Source of the DNA: Candidatus Limnocylindrales bacterium
GTDB taxonomy: Bacteria; Chloroflexota; Limnocylindria; Limnocylindrales; CSP1-4
DNA: 47,450 nucleotides
NCBI GenBank assembly: GCA_052038965.1
Contig: JBQGDI010000009.1
Location: 1-47,450 of the forward strand
Reading direction: 5' to 3'
This document shows positions 35,703-44,223 of the stretch, in pieces (position 1 is the first letter of the stretch; each line of letters opens with the position of its first letter). The notes under the pieces were generated by a model that did not search any database, had not been told where the DNA came from, and saw only the letters and a program-made list of their open reading frames with translations. The translations under genes were made by a program, and so were the position numbers.

Positions 35703-36518
35703 ATGACGATCGTCTCGCGCTTCGAGTGGCTATCGGTCGCGACCTCGACCAACGACGTCGTGTCCCGCTGGCTGGACGAGGGCGTGCCGGAGGTCTGCGT
35801 CGCCGTCGCCGACGAGCAGATCGCCGGCCGTGGTCGAGCCGGTCGGGCCTGGACGGCGCCCGCGGGGGCGGCCCTCCTGCTCTCGGCCGGGTTCCGGCCG
35901 ACGTGGCTCGCGCCGGACCTGGCGTGGCGCCTCTCGGCCGTCGTCTCGCTGGCGATGGCCGAAGCCTGCGAGGCCGTCGTCGGGCTCGTCCCCGGCACGG
36001 TCCGGCTGAAGTGGCCGAACGATCTCGTCGTCGACACCCTCGATCGCGGCGTCCTCAAGCTCGGTGGGGTCCTTGGCGAGACCGCCGGCCTGGGCACGCC
36101 CGACCCGCGCGTCGTCGTCGGGATCGGGATCAACGCCGGCTGGCCGCGCCACGAGTTCCCGCCCGAGCTGGCCACGTCGATGACCTCGCTCGCCGAGCTC
36201 GCTGACACGCCCGAGATCGATCGAGCGGGGCTCTGCGAGGCGTTCCGCGACCGCCTCGCACCGCTCGTCGTGGAGCTCCGCGAGGGCGGGTTCGCGGCGG
36301 CCGCGTGGCTCGTGCGCCAGCTGACGGACGGCCGGACCGTCCGCCTGGAGCGACCGGACGGCACCGCCGAGGTGGTCCACGCGGTCGGCGTCGATCCCGC
36401 GACGGGCGCGCTGCTCGTGCGTGGCGGCGACGCGGCCGGCGCGGTCCGAGCCGTCCTCGTAGGCGAGATTCGGCATCTCCGGGTCGCGGATCGGGCGACC
36501 GCGGCGGGTAGGCTGTAA
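35703..36518 (+). CDS. birA: Biotin-[acetyl-CoA-carboxylase] ligase (no N-terminal HTH)
   Basis: STN, EQIAGRGRAGRAW, LKWPND, KLGGVL, VGIGIN. Confidence 0.92.
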   Translation: MTIVSRFEWLSVATSTNDVVSRWLDEGVPEVCVAVADEQIAGRGRAGRAWTAPAGAALLLSAGFRPTWLAPDLAWRLSAVVSLAMAEACEAVVGLVPGTVRLKWPNDLVVDTLDRGVLKLGGVLGETAGLGTPDPRVVVGIGINAGWPRHEFPPELATSMTSLAELADTPEIDRAGLCEAFRDRLAPLVVELREGGFAAAAWLVRQLTDGRTVRLERPDGTAEVVHAVGVDPATGALLVRGGDAAGAVRAVLVGEIRHLRVADRATAAGRL

Positions 36519-36522
36519 CGCC

Positions 36523-37143
36523 ATGGCGCGGCGGGCATTGTGGAGATCGGGAGGAGCCGTGGGCGCTCCCCGCATCGCGCACCTCGACCGCGATCGGTTG
36601 CTGGTCGAGGCCGCGAAGCGCGACCCGGCGCAATTCGACGCCCTGTATCGACGGTATCTGCCCCGCGTGTACAGCTACGCATACTACGAGCTCGGGAATC
36701 ACCACGCCGCCGAGGACGCCACCGAGGCGACGTTCCTGGCCGCCCTCGCGAACCTGGCCCGGTTCGAGGAGCGCGCCCGTCCGGCTGACGGTGAGGGCGC
36801 CTCGACCTTCCGGGTCTGGCTCTTCCAGATCGCCCGAAACGAGGTCGCCGCCGAGCGTCGCCGCGCGCGCCGTCGGCCGCTCGAGCCGATGGACCAGGCC
36901 CTCGCGATCGCCGACCCGCTCGACGTCCAGGCCGACGCCGAACGCCTCGACGACGCGCGCGCTGCCTGGCAGGCCGTCGGTCGCCTGCCCGAGGAGCGCC
37001 GCCAGGCCGTCGTCATGCGCTTCGTGGACGAGCTGAGCACGGCCGAGATCGCCGGGGTGCTCGGCCGCTCCGAAGGCGCCGTCCGGGTCCTGATCCACCG
37101 CGCGCTCCGGGCCGTCGCCCGCGACCTCGCCCGGCCGGAATGA
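36523..37143 (+). CDS. ECF RNA polymerase sigma-70 factor
   Basis: DPAQFDALYRRY, AEDATEATF, FRVWLFQIARN, LSTAEIAGVLGRSEGAVRVLIHRAL. Start is either ATG36523 (8 nt after TAGGCT) or GTG36559 (SD GGAGGAG). Confidence 0.92.
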   Translation: MARRALWRSGGAVGAPRIAHLDRDRLLVEAAKRDPAQFDALYRRYLPRVYSYAYYELGNHHAAEDATEATFLAALANLARFEERARPADGEGASTFRVWLFQIARNEVAAERRRARRRPLEPMDQALAIADPLDVQADAERLDDARAAWQAVGRLPEERRQAVVMRFVDELSTAEIAGVLGRSEGAVRVLIHRALRAVARDLARPE

Positions 37144-37625
37144 CGGCGGCACGCCCCGACGCCGGCGAGATCGAGGCCCTCGTCACCGACCGCTACCTCG
37201 ATTCGCTGCTGGCCGGTCACGAGCCTGCCGAGGCCGAGCGCCAGACGCTCGCCGACAGCGTCGACGCGGCGATTCGCGCCATCTCGCGCCGGCTCTCGAC
37301 CGACCTGCCGCGCTTCCACCCGTCGTTTCGGTTCGAAGAGCGCCTGGCCGTCCGGCTCGCGGAGCTGGCGGCGTCGATGCGCCTCCCGCTGGCCGCCGGT
37401 GGCGAGAGCCAGCCGATCCCGATCCGACCCGTTGCGCCCGTCGCCGACCGCGACGCGGAGCCGACCGACTCGCCCGACGACCGCCGCCCGCTCCTCATCG
37501 GCGGGGCCGTGGCGGCATCGGCGATCAGCCTTGCCGGCGCGTGGCTCGCCTGGCGCCGGCGCACCGGCTCGCCGATGGCCCGTGCCGCGCGCGCCGCCCA
37601 CGGGCGGACCGGGAACGGGGCCTGA
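37140..37625 (+). CDS. Putative membrane-anchored anti-sigma factor
   Basis: ATGA-coupled to the ECF sigma; PSFRFEERL motif; a single C-terminal TM followed by WRRR. Confidence 0.6.
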   Translation: MTAARPDAGEIEALVTDRYLDSLLAGHEPAEAERQTLADSVDAAIRAISRRLSTDLPRFHPSFRFEERLAVRLAELAASMRLPLAAGGESQPIPIRPVAPVADRDAEPTDSPDDRRPLLIGGAVAASAISLAGAWLAWRRRTGSPMARAARAAHGRTGNGA

Positions 37626-37629
37626 CCCG

Positions 37630-38619
37630 ATGCCGATCAAGCTCCCGTCGTTCCGCCCGCGCCGCGACGTCTACCCGCCCGACCTCTGGACGAAGTGCCC
37701 GTCGTGCGGCGAGATGCTGTTCAACAAGACCCTCGACAAGTCCGACCGGGTCTGCCCGACCTGCGATCACCACTTCCGGCTGTCGGCCGCAGCGCGCCTC
37801 GCGCTGCTCCTGGACCCGCACTCCTTCGGTGAGCGCGACGCCGGGCTCCAGTCGGTTGACCCGCTCGGATTCGTCGACCAGAAGACCTACCCCGACCGCG
37901 TGGCGGCGGCCCAGCACGCGACCGGGCTGCGCGACGCCGCCGTCCGCGGCCTCGGGAGCATCGAGGGCCAACCGGTCTCGATCTGCGTGATGGACTTCGG
38001 CTTCATGGGCGGCTCGATGGGCGCGGTCGTCGGCGAGAAGGTCGCGCGGGCCACCGAGGACGCCCTCGCGGCCCGGATCCCGCTCGTCGTCGTGTCGGCC
38101 TCCGGCGGCGCCCGGATGCAGGAGGGGACGCTGGCCCTGATGCAGCTCGCCAAGACCTGCGCGGTCCTCGAGCGCCTGCGTGCGGCCCGGGTCCCGTACG
38201 TCAGCGTCCTGAGCGACCCGACGACCGGCGGCGTGTTCGCCTCGTATGCCGTCCTCGGCGACGTGAACCTCGCCGAGCCGAACGCGCTGATCGGCTTCGC
38301 CGGCGCTCGCGTCGCTGCCGGCACGATCGCCCAGGAGCTCCCGCCGGGCTTCCAGCGGAGCGAGTTCCTGTTCGAGCACGGGTTCATCGATCGTGTCGTC
38401 CATCGCCGCGACCTGCGCGCCGAGATCGCCGGCCTGCTCCGCTACCTCCGGCCGGCCGAGGCGATGCCCGAGACCCGGCCGGCCGGGTTCAGCCCGATCG
38501 GCCTCGTGTCGTCGCTCGTCGACCGGGTCGTCCCGGATCTCGGCGGCAACGACAACGGGCCGGCCGCCACCGCTCCCGGCGCGCGACCGTCGGCGGGGGA
38601 GGGCGGGAGCCGTGGTTGA
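37630..38619 (+). CDS. accD: Acetyl-CoA carboxylase carboxyltransferase beta subunit
   Basis: LWTKCPSC..VCPTCDHH zinc finger, DFGFMGGSMG, SGGARMQEG, PTTGGV.AS, GFQRSEFL. Confidence 0.95.
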   Translation: MPIKLPSFRPRRDVYPPDLWTKCPSCGEMLFNKTLDKSDRVCPTCDHHFRLSAAARLALLLDPHSFGERDAGLQSVDPLGFVDQKTYPDRVAAAQHATGLRDAAVRGLGSIEGQPVSICVMDFGFMGGSMGAVVGEKVARATEDALAARIPLVVVSASGGARMQEGTLALMQLAKTCAVLERLRAARVPYVSVLSDPTTGGVFASYAVLGDVNLAEPNALIGFAGARVAAGTIAQELPPGFQRSEFLFEHGFIDRVVHRRDLRAEIAGLLRYLRPAEAMPETRPAGFSPIGLVSSLVDRVVPDLGGNDNGPAATAPGARPSAGEGGSRG

Positions 38620-39616
38620 CCGGCTGCTGCACCGCGGCCGCGATGCTGGCCCCGACGCTGCCGCCGGCGATCCGAAGGCGGCCGTCTGGCGTCGTGTCCA
38701 GCTGGCGCGCCACCTCGGGCGTCCCCGGACGCTCGACCTGCTCGACGAGATGGCCGACGAGGTCATCGAGCTCCACGGTGACCGCGGCTTCGGCGACGAC
38801 CCGGCCCTCGTCGCCGGCTTCGCCCGGATCGACGGGCTTCGGATCGCCTTCGTCGGCCAGCAGAAGGGCGCCGATACCGACGAGAACATCCGCCGCAACT
38901 TCGGGATGCCGCATCCCGAGGGCTATCGCAAGGCGATGCGGGTCATGGAATTGGCCGAACGGTTCGGGCTGCCGATCGTGACGTTCGTCGACGTGCCCGG
39001 CGCGCACCCCGGCCCGGAATCCGAGGAGCGTGGGATCGCCGAGGCGATTGCCCGGAGCATCGGCCTGATGTCCCGACTCCGGACCCCGATCGTGGCCGTC
39101 ATCACCGGCGAGGGCGGGTCCGGCGGGGCCCTCGCGATCGCCGTCGGCGACGTCGTCCTGGCTCTCGAGAACGCCGTCTACTCCGTGATCAGCCCCGAGG
39201 GCTGTGCCTCGATCCTGTGGCGGACCTCCGACGAGGCGGCGACGGCGGCCCTGGCGATGAGGATGTCGGCCGCCGACCAGCAGGCCCTCGGCGTCATCGA
39301 CGAGGTCATTTCCGAGCCCGGCGACGGCGCCCACGCCGATCGACGCGAGACCGCCCGTCGTCTCAAGGCGGCGATCGTCGCGCGGCTCGAGCGGCTGGCG
39401 ACGATCCCGCTGGACGAGCTCGTGGAGGCTCGCTATCGGCGCTACCGTGCCATCGGCCCGTACACTGAGGTCGCCGCGCCGCCCGTGGCGCAGCCGCCGA
39501 GCCGGGGGCTCACCGACCGCCTGCGCGACCTGCTCGATCCCGGTCGATGGTCGGCCGGCGTCCCGCTCCCCGGCGCGTCGAGACGCGACGAGCCGCCCGC
39601 CCACGAGGAGGTCTGA
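38612..39616 (+). CDS. accA: Acetyl-CoA carboxylase carboxyltransferase alpha subunit
   Basis: VQLARH..RP, ELHGDR, NFGMPHPEGYRKA, AIARS, GEGGSGGALA, YSVISPEGCASIL. Confidence 0.95.
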   Translation: MVDRLLHRGRDAGPDAAAGDPKAAVWRRVQLARHLGRPRTLDLLDEMADEVIELHGDRGFGDDPALVAGFARIDGLRIAFVGQQKGADTDENIRRNFGMPHPEGYRKAMRVMELAERFGLPIVTFVDVPGAHPGPESEERGIAEAIARSIGLMSRLRTPIVAVITGEGGSGGALAIAVGDVVLALENAVYSVISPEGCASILWRTSDEAATAALAMRMSAADQQALGVIDEVISEPGDGAHADRRETARRLKAAIVARLERLATIPLDELVEARYRRYRAIGPYTEVAAPPVAQPPSRGLTDRLRDLLDPGRWSAGVPLPGASRRDEPPAHEEV

Positions 39617-39619
39617 TCG

Positions 39620-40285
39620 GTGCCCGAGACGGACCCCGTGCGCCAGGACGACCGTGCGGCCGCGATCGACCGCGAGGCCGACCACGCCGAGATCGCCCGG
39701 CTGGCCGACGAGCTCCTTCCGGCACTGATCGCGAAGCTCGCAACGACCCGGCTCGGCGAGCTCGAGGTCCGCGAGGGGGGCTGGAAGATCCGATTGCGCC
39801 GGCCGTTCGGAGCGGGGCCCGGCGAGGGCCGCCGAGCGGGGGATCGGCCGTCGCGCTCGCAGCCCGGTCACGAGGGCCACGGCCACCCGCGCGCGACGCC
39901 CGAGCCGCACCGGGTCGCACGGCCGGGCGGCGACGGTGCGGGACGCGGGGCGGCTCACGAATCCGGCCACGGCCACGACCACGCCGTCTCGGGCAACGGC
40001 AGCAGCCCCGGCAACCGCGATCGATCCGTGGCAACGTCGCCGGCGGTCGGGACGTTCCGGCCCAGTGGTCGCGTCGCCGTCGGGACCCGCGTCCGGGCCG
40101 GCGACACCGTCGGGATCGTCGACGTCCTGGGCGTCCCCCAGGAGGTGACCGCGCCCGTCGACGGCATCGTCGGCGCGACGCTCGTCGAGGCCGGGATGGC
40201 CGTCGAGTACGGTCAGGAGCTCGTCCGGATCGAGCTCTCGGCTTCGGCGGCGCCGGGCGGCGGCGCGCCGGCGGAGGCCCGCTGA
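39620..40285 (+). CDS. BCCP-like protein lacking the biotinylation lysine (BADC-like)
   Basis: BCCP N-term (LGELEVREGGWKIRLRR) and biotinyl/lipoyl domain (SPAVGTF, V.VG.RV..GDTVGIV, APVDG.V, G..VEYGQEL), but DVLG replaces EAMK. Confidence 0.85.
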   Translation: MPETDPVRQDDRAAAIDREADHAEIARLADELLPALIAKLATTRLGELEVREGGWKIRLRRPFGAGPGEGRRAGDRPSRSQPGHEGHGHPRATPEPHRVARPGGDGAGRGAAHESGHGHDHAVSGNGSSPGNRDRSVATSPAVGTFRPSGRVAVGTRVRAGDTVGIVDVLGVPQEVTAPVDGIVGATLVEAGMAVEYGQELVRIELSASAAPGGGAPAEAR

Positions 40286-41652
40286 TGTTCCGCCGGATCC
40301 TGATCGCGAACCGGGGCGAGATCGCGCTGCGGATCCTGCGGGCCTGTCGGACGCTCGGCATCGAGGCCGTCGTGGCGTACAGCGAGGCCGATCGGGACTC
40401 CCTTCCGGCCCAGCTCGCCGACGAGGCGATCTGCATCGGGCCGGCTGACGCCCGGCGGTCGTACCTGTCCGCGCCGGCGGTCATCTCGGCCGCGCTCGTC
40501 ACCGGCTGCGAGGCGATCCACCCGGGCTACGGCTTCCTGTCCGAGGACGAGACATTCGCCGAGGTCGTGCGAGCCCACGACCTGGCGTTCATCGGACCGC
40601 CGCCCGAGGTCCTCGACCGCTTCGCCTCGAAGGAGGGCAGCCGCCGGCTCCTCGGCGGCCACGGGTTGCCGACGATCCCCGGCTCGGACGGAATGCTGCG
40701 CGACGACCAGCATGCGCTCGACGAGGCCGCGCGGATCGGCTACCCGGTATTGATCAAACCTTCCGCGGGCGGCGGTGGCAAGGGCATGCGGATGGTCCGG
40801 ACGTCGCGCGAGCTCGAATCGGCGATCCGGGTCTGCAGGTCGGAGGCGAAGGCCGCCTTCGGCGACGACTCGCTGTACCTCGAGAAATGGCTCGACGACA
40901 ACCGCCACGTCGAGGTCCAGGTCGCGGTCGACCGCTTCGCGCACGGCAGCCACCTCGGCGAGCGGGATTGCTCGGTCCAGCGACGGCACCAGAAGATCCT
41001 CGAGGAGGCCCCGACGCCGGCCCTCGGACCGGCCGCGCGGGAGCAGCTCGCGGAGCGGGCGATCGAGGCCGTCGTGGCGGCCGGCTACGAGAACGTCGGG
41101 ACGCTCGAGTTCCTCGTCGATGGCGAGGGCCACGCCTACTTCATCGAGATCAACTGCCGGATCCAGGTGGAGCACCCGGTGACCGAGATGCTGACCGGCA
41201 TCGACCTCGTCGTGCTGCAGCTGCGAATCGCGGCCGGCGAGCCGCTCGGCTTGCGCCAGGCTGACGTCGCGCTCGGCGGCCACGCCATCGAGTTCCGGAT
41301 CAACGCCGAGGACCCGGCCCACGACTTCCGGCCCGGGGCCGGGCTCATCGAGCGCTATCACGCCCCCGGTGGGCCGGGCATCCGGATGGACACGCACCTC
41401 TACCCGGGTTACGAGGTTCCGCCGTACTACGACTCGCTGCTTGGCAAGCTCATCGTCTGGGCGGCGGACCGGGAGACCGCGATCGCCCGCAGCCGGGCGG
41501 CCCTCGAGGAGCTCGTCGTCGACGGCGTGACGACGAACGTCGAGATGCACCGCGCGATCCTCGCGAACGAGGCGTTCCTCGAGGGAAGGATGACGACGAA
41601 CATGCTCGACCGAATCGGAGGCGCAGCGTTCCTCGCCGCGGCCGCGCGATGA
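40285..41652 (+). CDS. accC: Biotin carboxylase
   Basis: MFRRILIANRGEIA, HPGYGFLSE, GGGGKGMR, ERDCSVQRRHQK, RIQVEHPVTE, YYDSLLGKLI. Confidence 0.96.
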   Translation: MFRRILIANRGEIALRILRACRTLGIEAVVAYSEADRDSLPAQLADEAICIGPADARRSYLSAPAVISAALVTGCEAIHPGYGFLSEDETFAEVVRAHDLAFIGPPPEVLDRFASKEGSRRLLGGHGLPTIPGSDGMLRDDQHALDEAARIGYPVLIKPSAGGGGKGMRMVRTSRELESAIRVCRSEAKAAFGDDSLYLEKWLDDNRHVEVQVAVDRFAHGSHLGERDCSVQRRHQKILEEAPTPALGPAAREQLAERAIEAVVAAGYENVGTLEFLVDGEGHAYFIEINCRIQVEHPVTEMLTGIDLVVLQLRIAAGEPLGLRQADVALGGHAIEFRINAEDPAHDFRPGAGLIERYHAPGGPGIRMDTHLYPGYEVPPYYDSLLGKLIVWAADRETAIARSRAALEELVVDGVTTNVEMHRAILANEAFLEGRMTTNMLDRIGGAAFLAAAAR

Positions 41653-42146
41653 CCGAGGCCGCGACGTCGACGGCCGCGTCCGCGCTCGCCGCGCCAGGCA
41701 CCGTGCTCACCACGAAGCAGATCGAGGCGCTCATCCCGCACCGCTGGCCGATGCTCATGGTCGACCGGATCGTCGAGTACGACCCCGCGGCGAAGCGGAT
41801 CGTCGGGATCAAGGGCACGACGGCAACGGAGTGGTGGGCCCAGGGCCACTTCCCGGGACTGCCGATCATGCCTGGCGTGCTGCAGGTCGAGGCGCTGGCC
41901 CAGACGATGGCCGTCTACGTCGCCCAGCAGCCCGGCTTCGGCGACCGGATCGGGCTGTTCGCGGGCATCGACGAGACGCGCTTCAAGCGCGTCGTGGTGC
42001 CGGGCGACGTCCTCCGCCTCGAGGTCACGATGGACAAGCTCGGCTCGCGCTTCGGACGCGGCCGGGGCGTCGCCTCGGTCGATGGCGAGGTCGCCTGCGA
42101 GGCGACCCTCAGCTTCATCATCCCGCCGGAAGGGGTGCTCCGCTGA
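41649..42146 (+). CDS. fabZ: 3-hydroxyacyl-ACP dehydratase
   Basis: LIPHRWPMLMVDRI, GHFPGLPIMPGVLQVEALAQ, RFKRVVVPGD. Confidence 0.93.
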   Translation: MTEAATSTAASALAAPGTVLTTKQIEALIPHRWPMLMVDRIVEYDPAAKRIVGIKGTTATEWWAQGHFPGLPIMPGVLQVEALAQTMAVYVAQQPGFGDRIGLFAGIDETRFKRVVVPGDVLRLEVTMDKLGSRFGRGRGVASVDGEVACEATLSFIIPPEGVLR

Positions 42147-42964
42147 GCCGCCTCGCCGTCTTCTCCGACGTCCACGGCAACCTCGCCGCCCTCGAGGCCG
42201 TCCGCAAGGCGATCAAGCGCGAGAAGCCCGACGCGATTCTCGTCGCCGGCGACCTCGTGATGAACGGGCCCGCGCCGGGAGCCTGCGTCGACGCGCTCCG
42301 GGACATGGAGTCGGGCGGCGCGATCATCGTCCAGGGCAACACCGACATCGCTGTCGCCGACGCCGACTACTCGGCGGCGTTCCCGTGGTATGCCGACGGG
42401 GGCGTGCCCGATCCAGTCCGGGCGGTCGCCGAGTGGACCCACGGGGCCCTCGGCGACGAGCGAATCGACTGGCTCCGGCGGCTGCCGTCGGAGCGGCGGC
42501 TCCGGGTCGAGGACACGCTCGTCCTCGTGACCCACGCGTCGCCGGGGTCCCAGACGCAGGGCCTCGAGATGGGCCTCGACCCGTCGGTCACGCTCCAGCT
42601 GGTGTCGCGGACCGACGCCCGCCTGATCTGCTGCGGCCACACCCACCTGCCGGAGGTCCGCGAATTCGGCTGGAAGGTCATCGTCAACGACGGCAGCGCC
42701 GGCTACGTCTTCGACGGCACCCCGACGGCCTCGTGGGCGCTGGTCACGATCGAGCCGGGGACGGTGACCGAGCTGGAGCCCGAGTCCGAGGCCGCCGAGG
42801 ACGACGAGTGGCAGTCCGGTGGCGATGGCCGGGCGTCCATCACGGCCGAGATCCGCCGCGCCGAGTTCGACACCCTGGCCGTCTCGAATGCCATCTCCGC
42901 GCGGGGCCTGCCCGGCGACGTCTACCGCGCCGCGACGGTCCGAACCGGGAAGCTCGTCCGGTGA
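42143..42964 (+). CDS. Calcineurin-like metallophosphoesterase (YfcE-like), probable CTG start
   Basis: SDVHGN, AGDLV, QGNTD, THASP, CGHTH, VNDGS. The domain begins exactly at CTG42143, overlapping the fabZ stop. Confidence 0.82.
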   Translation: MSRLAVFSDVHGNLAALEAVRKAIKREKPDAILVAGDLVMNGPAPGACVDALRDMESGGAIIVQGNTDIAVADADYSAAFPWYADGGVPDPVRAVAEWTHGALGDERIDWLRRLPSERRLRVEDTLVLVTHASPGSQTQGLEMGLDPSVTLQLVSRTDARLICCGHTHLPEVREFGWKVIVNDGSAGYVFDGTPTASWALVTIEPGTVTELEPESEAAEDDEWQSGGDGRASITAEIRRAEFDTLAVSNAISARGLPGDVYRAATVRTGKLVR

Positions 42965-44223
42965 CGGAGGCGAGCCGGCGCCGCGTCGTCGTCACCGGGA
43001 TGGGCGCGGTGACCGCGCTCGGCAACGACGTGGCGTCGACCTGGGACGGGCTCGTCGCAGGCCGGTCGGGCGTCCGGACGATCGAGGCCTTCGACCCGGC
43101 CCGCGTCGACTCGAAGATCGCGGCCGAGGTCCGTGGCTTCGACCCGTCCGCCGTCATCGACCGCAAGGAGATGCGGCGGATGGACCGCTACATCCAGTTC
43201 GGGCTCGTCGTCGCCCGGCAGGCGCTCGACCAGGCAGGACTCCCGGGCCGGATGAACGGCTCGCTCGCGGCACGGACCGGGGTCATCCTCGGCTCGGGCC
43301 TCGGGGGCGTGGCGACGCTGTTCGACAACGTCCTCCTGATGGCCGAGCGCGGGCCCGATCGGATCAGCCCGTTCTTCATCCCGATGGGCATCGCCAACGT
43401 CGGTTCGGGCCAGGTCGCGATCGCGTTCGGGATGCTCGGCCCGAACTTCGCGACGGTCTCGGCCTGTGCGACCGGCGCCCACGCCATCGGCGAGGCCTGG
43501 GAGACGATCCGCCGCGACGATGCCGACGTCATGCTCGCCGGGGGCACCGAGGCCGCGATCCACGAGGCGGTCCTTGGCGGCTTCAGCTCGATGAAGGCGC
43601 TCTCGACTCGCAATGACGACCCGGCGGCGGCGTCGCGGCCGTTCGACCAGGGACGCGACGGGTTCGTCATCGGCGAGGGCGCGGGGATGCTCGTGCTCGA
43701 GGAGCTGTCGCACGCCGAAGCGCGCGGCGCGGAGCCGCTGGCCGAGCTCGTCGGCTACGGCGCGACCGCCGATGCGTCCCACATCACGCTCCCGGCCCCC
43801 GGCGGCGCCGGGGCGGTTCGCGCCGGACGGCGGGCCCTCGAGAAGGGCGGCGTCGACCCGGCGGAGATCCAGCACGTCAACGCCCATGCGACGTCCACCC
43901 CGGAGGGCGACGCGGCGGAGCTCCAGGCGATCCAGACCCTGCTCGGCGAGGGTGCGCCGGGCGTCTCGGTCACCGCCAACAAGTCGATGGTCGGTCACAC
44001 CCTCGGCGCGGCCGGTGCGATCGAGTCGATCGCGACGATCATGGCCATCCGGACCGGCACGATCCCGCCGACGATCAACCTCGAGGACCCGGACCCCCAC
44101 GCCGACGGCCTCGACCTCACGCCGAACGCGGCCACCTATCGCGATGTCGGCGCCGCGGTCAACAACTCATTCGGCTTCGGGGGCCAGAACGCCACCCTCG
44201 TCTTCCGTCGGTGGGGCGGATGA
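42961..44223 (+). CDS. fabF: Beta-ketoacyl-ACP synthase II
   Basis: RVVVTGMG, SACATG (catalytic Cys), SRPFD.GRDGFV.GEG, NAHATST, KSMVGHTLGAAG, NSFGFGG. Confidence 0.95.
   Translation: MTEASRRRVVVTGMGAVTALGNDVASTWDGLVAGRSGVRTIEAFDPARVDSKIAAEVRGFDPSAVIDRKEMRRMDRYIQFGLVVARQALDQAGLPGRMNGSLAARTGVILGSGLGGVATLFDNVLLMAERGPDRISPFFIPMGIANVGSGQVAIAFGMLGPNFATVSACATGAHAIGEAWETIRRDDADVMLAGGTEAAIHEAVLGGFSSMKALSTRNDDPAAASRPFDQGRDGFVIGEGAGMLVLEELSHAEARGAEPLAELVGYGATADASHITLPAPGGAGAVRAGRRALEKGGVDPAEIQHVNAHATSTPEGDAAELQAIQTLLGEGAPGVSVTANKSMVGHTLGAAGAIESIATIMAIRTGTIPPTINLEDPDPHADGLDLTPNAATYRDVGAAVNNSFGFGGQNATLVFRRWGG

Noticed and set aside
39620-40285. Treating the Lys-less BCCP as a pseudogene or sequencing error
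   Set aside because: All four motif codons differ (GAC GTC CTG GGC), the frame is intact and flanking domain residues are conserved, which does not fit a single-base error.
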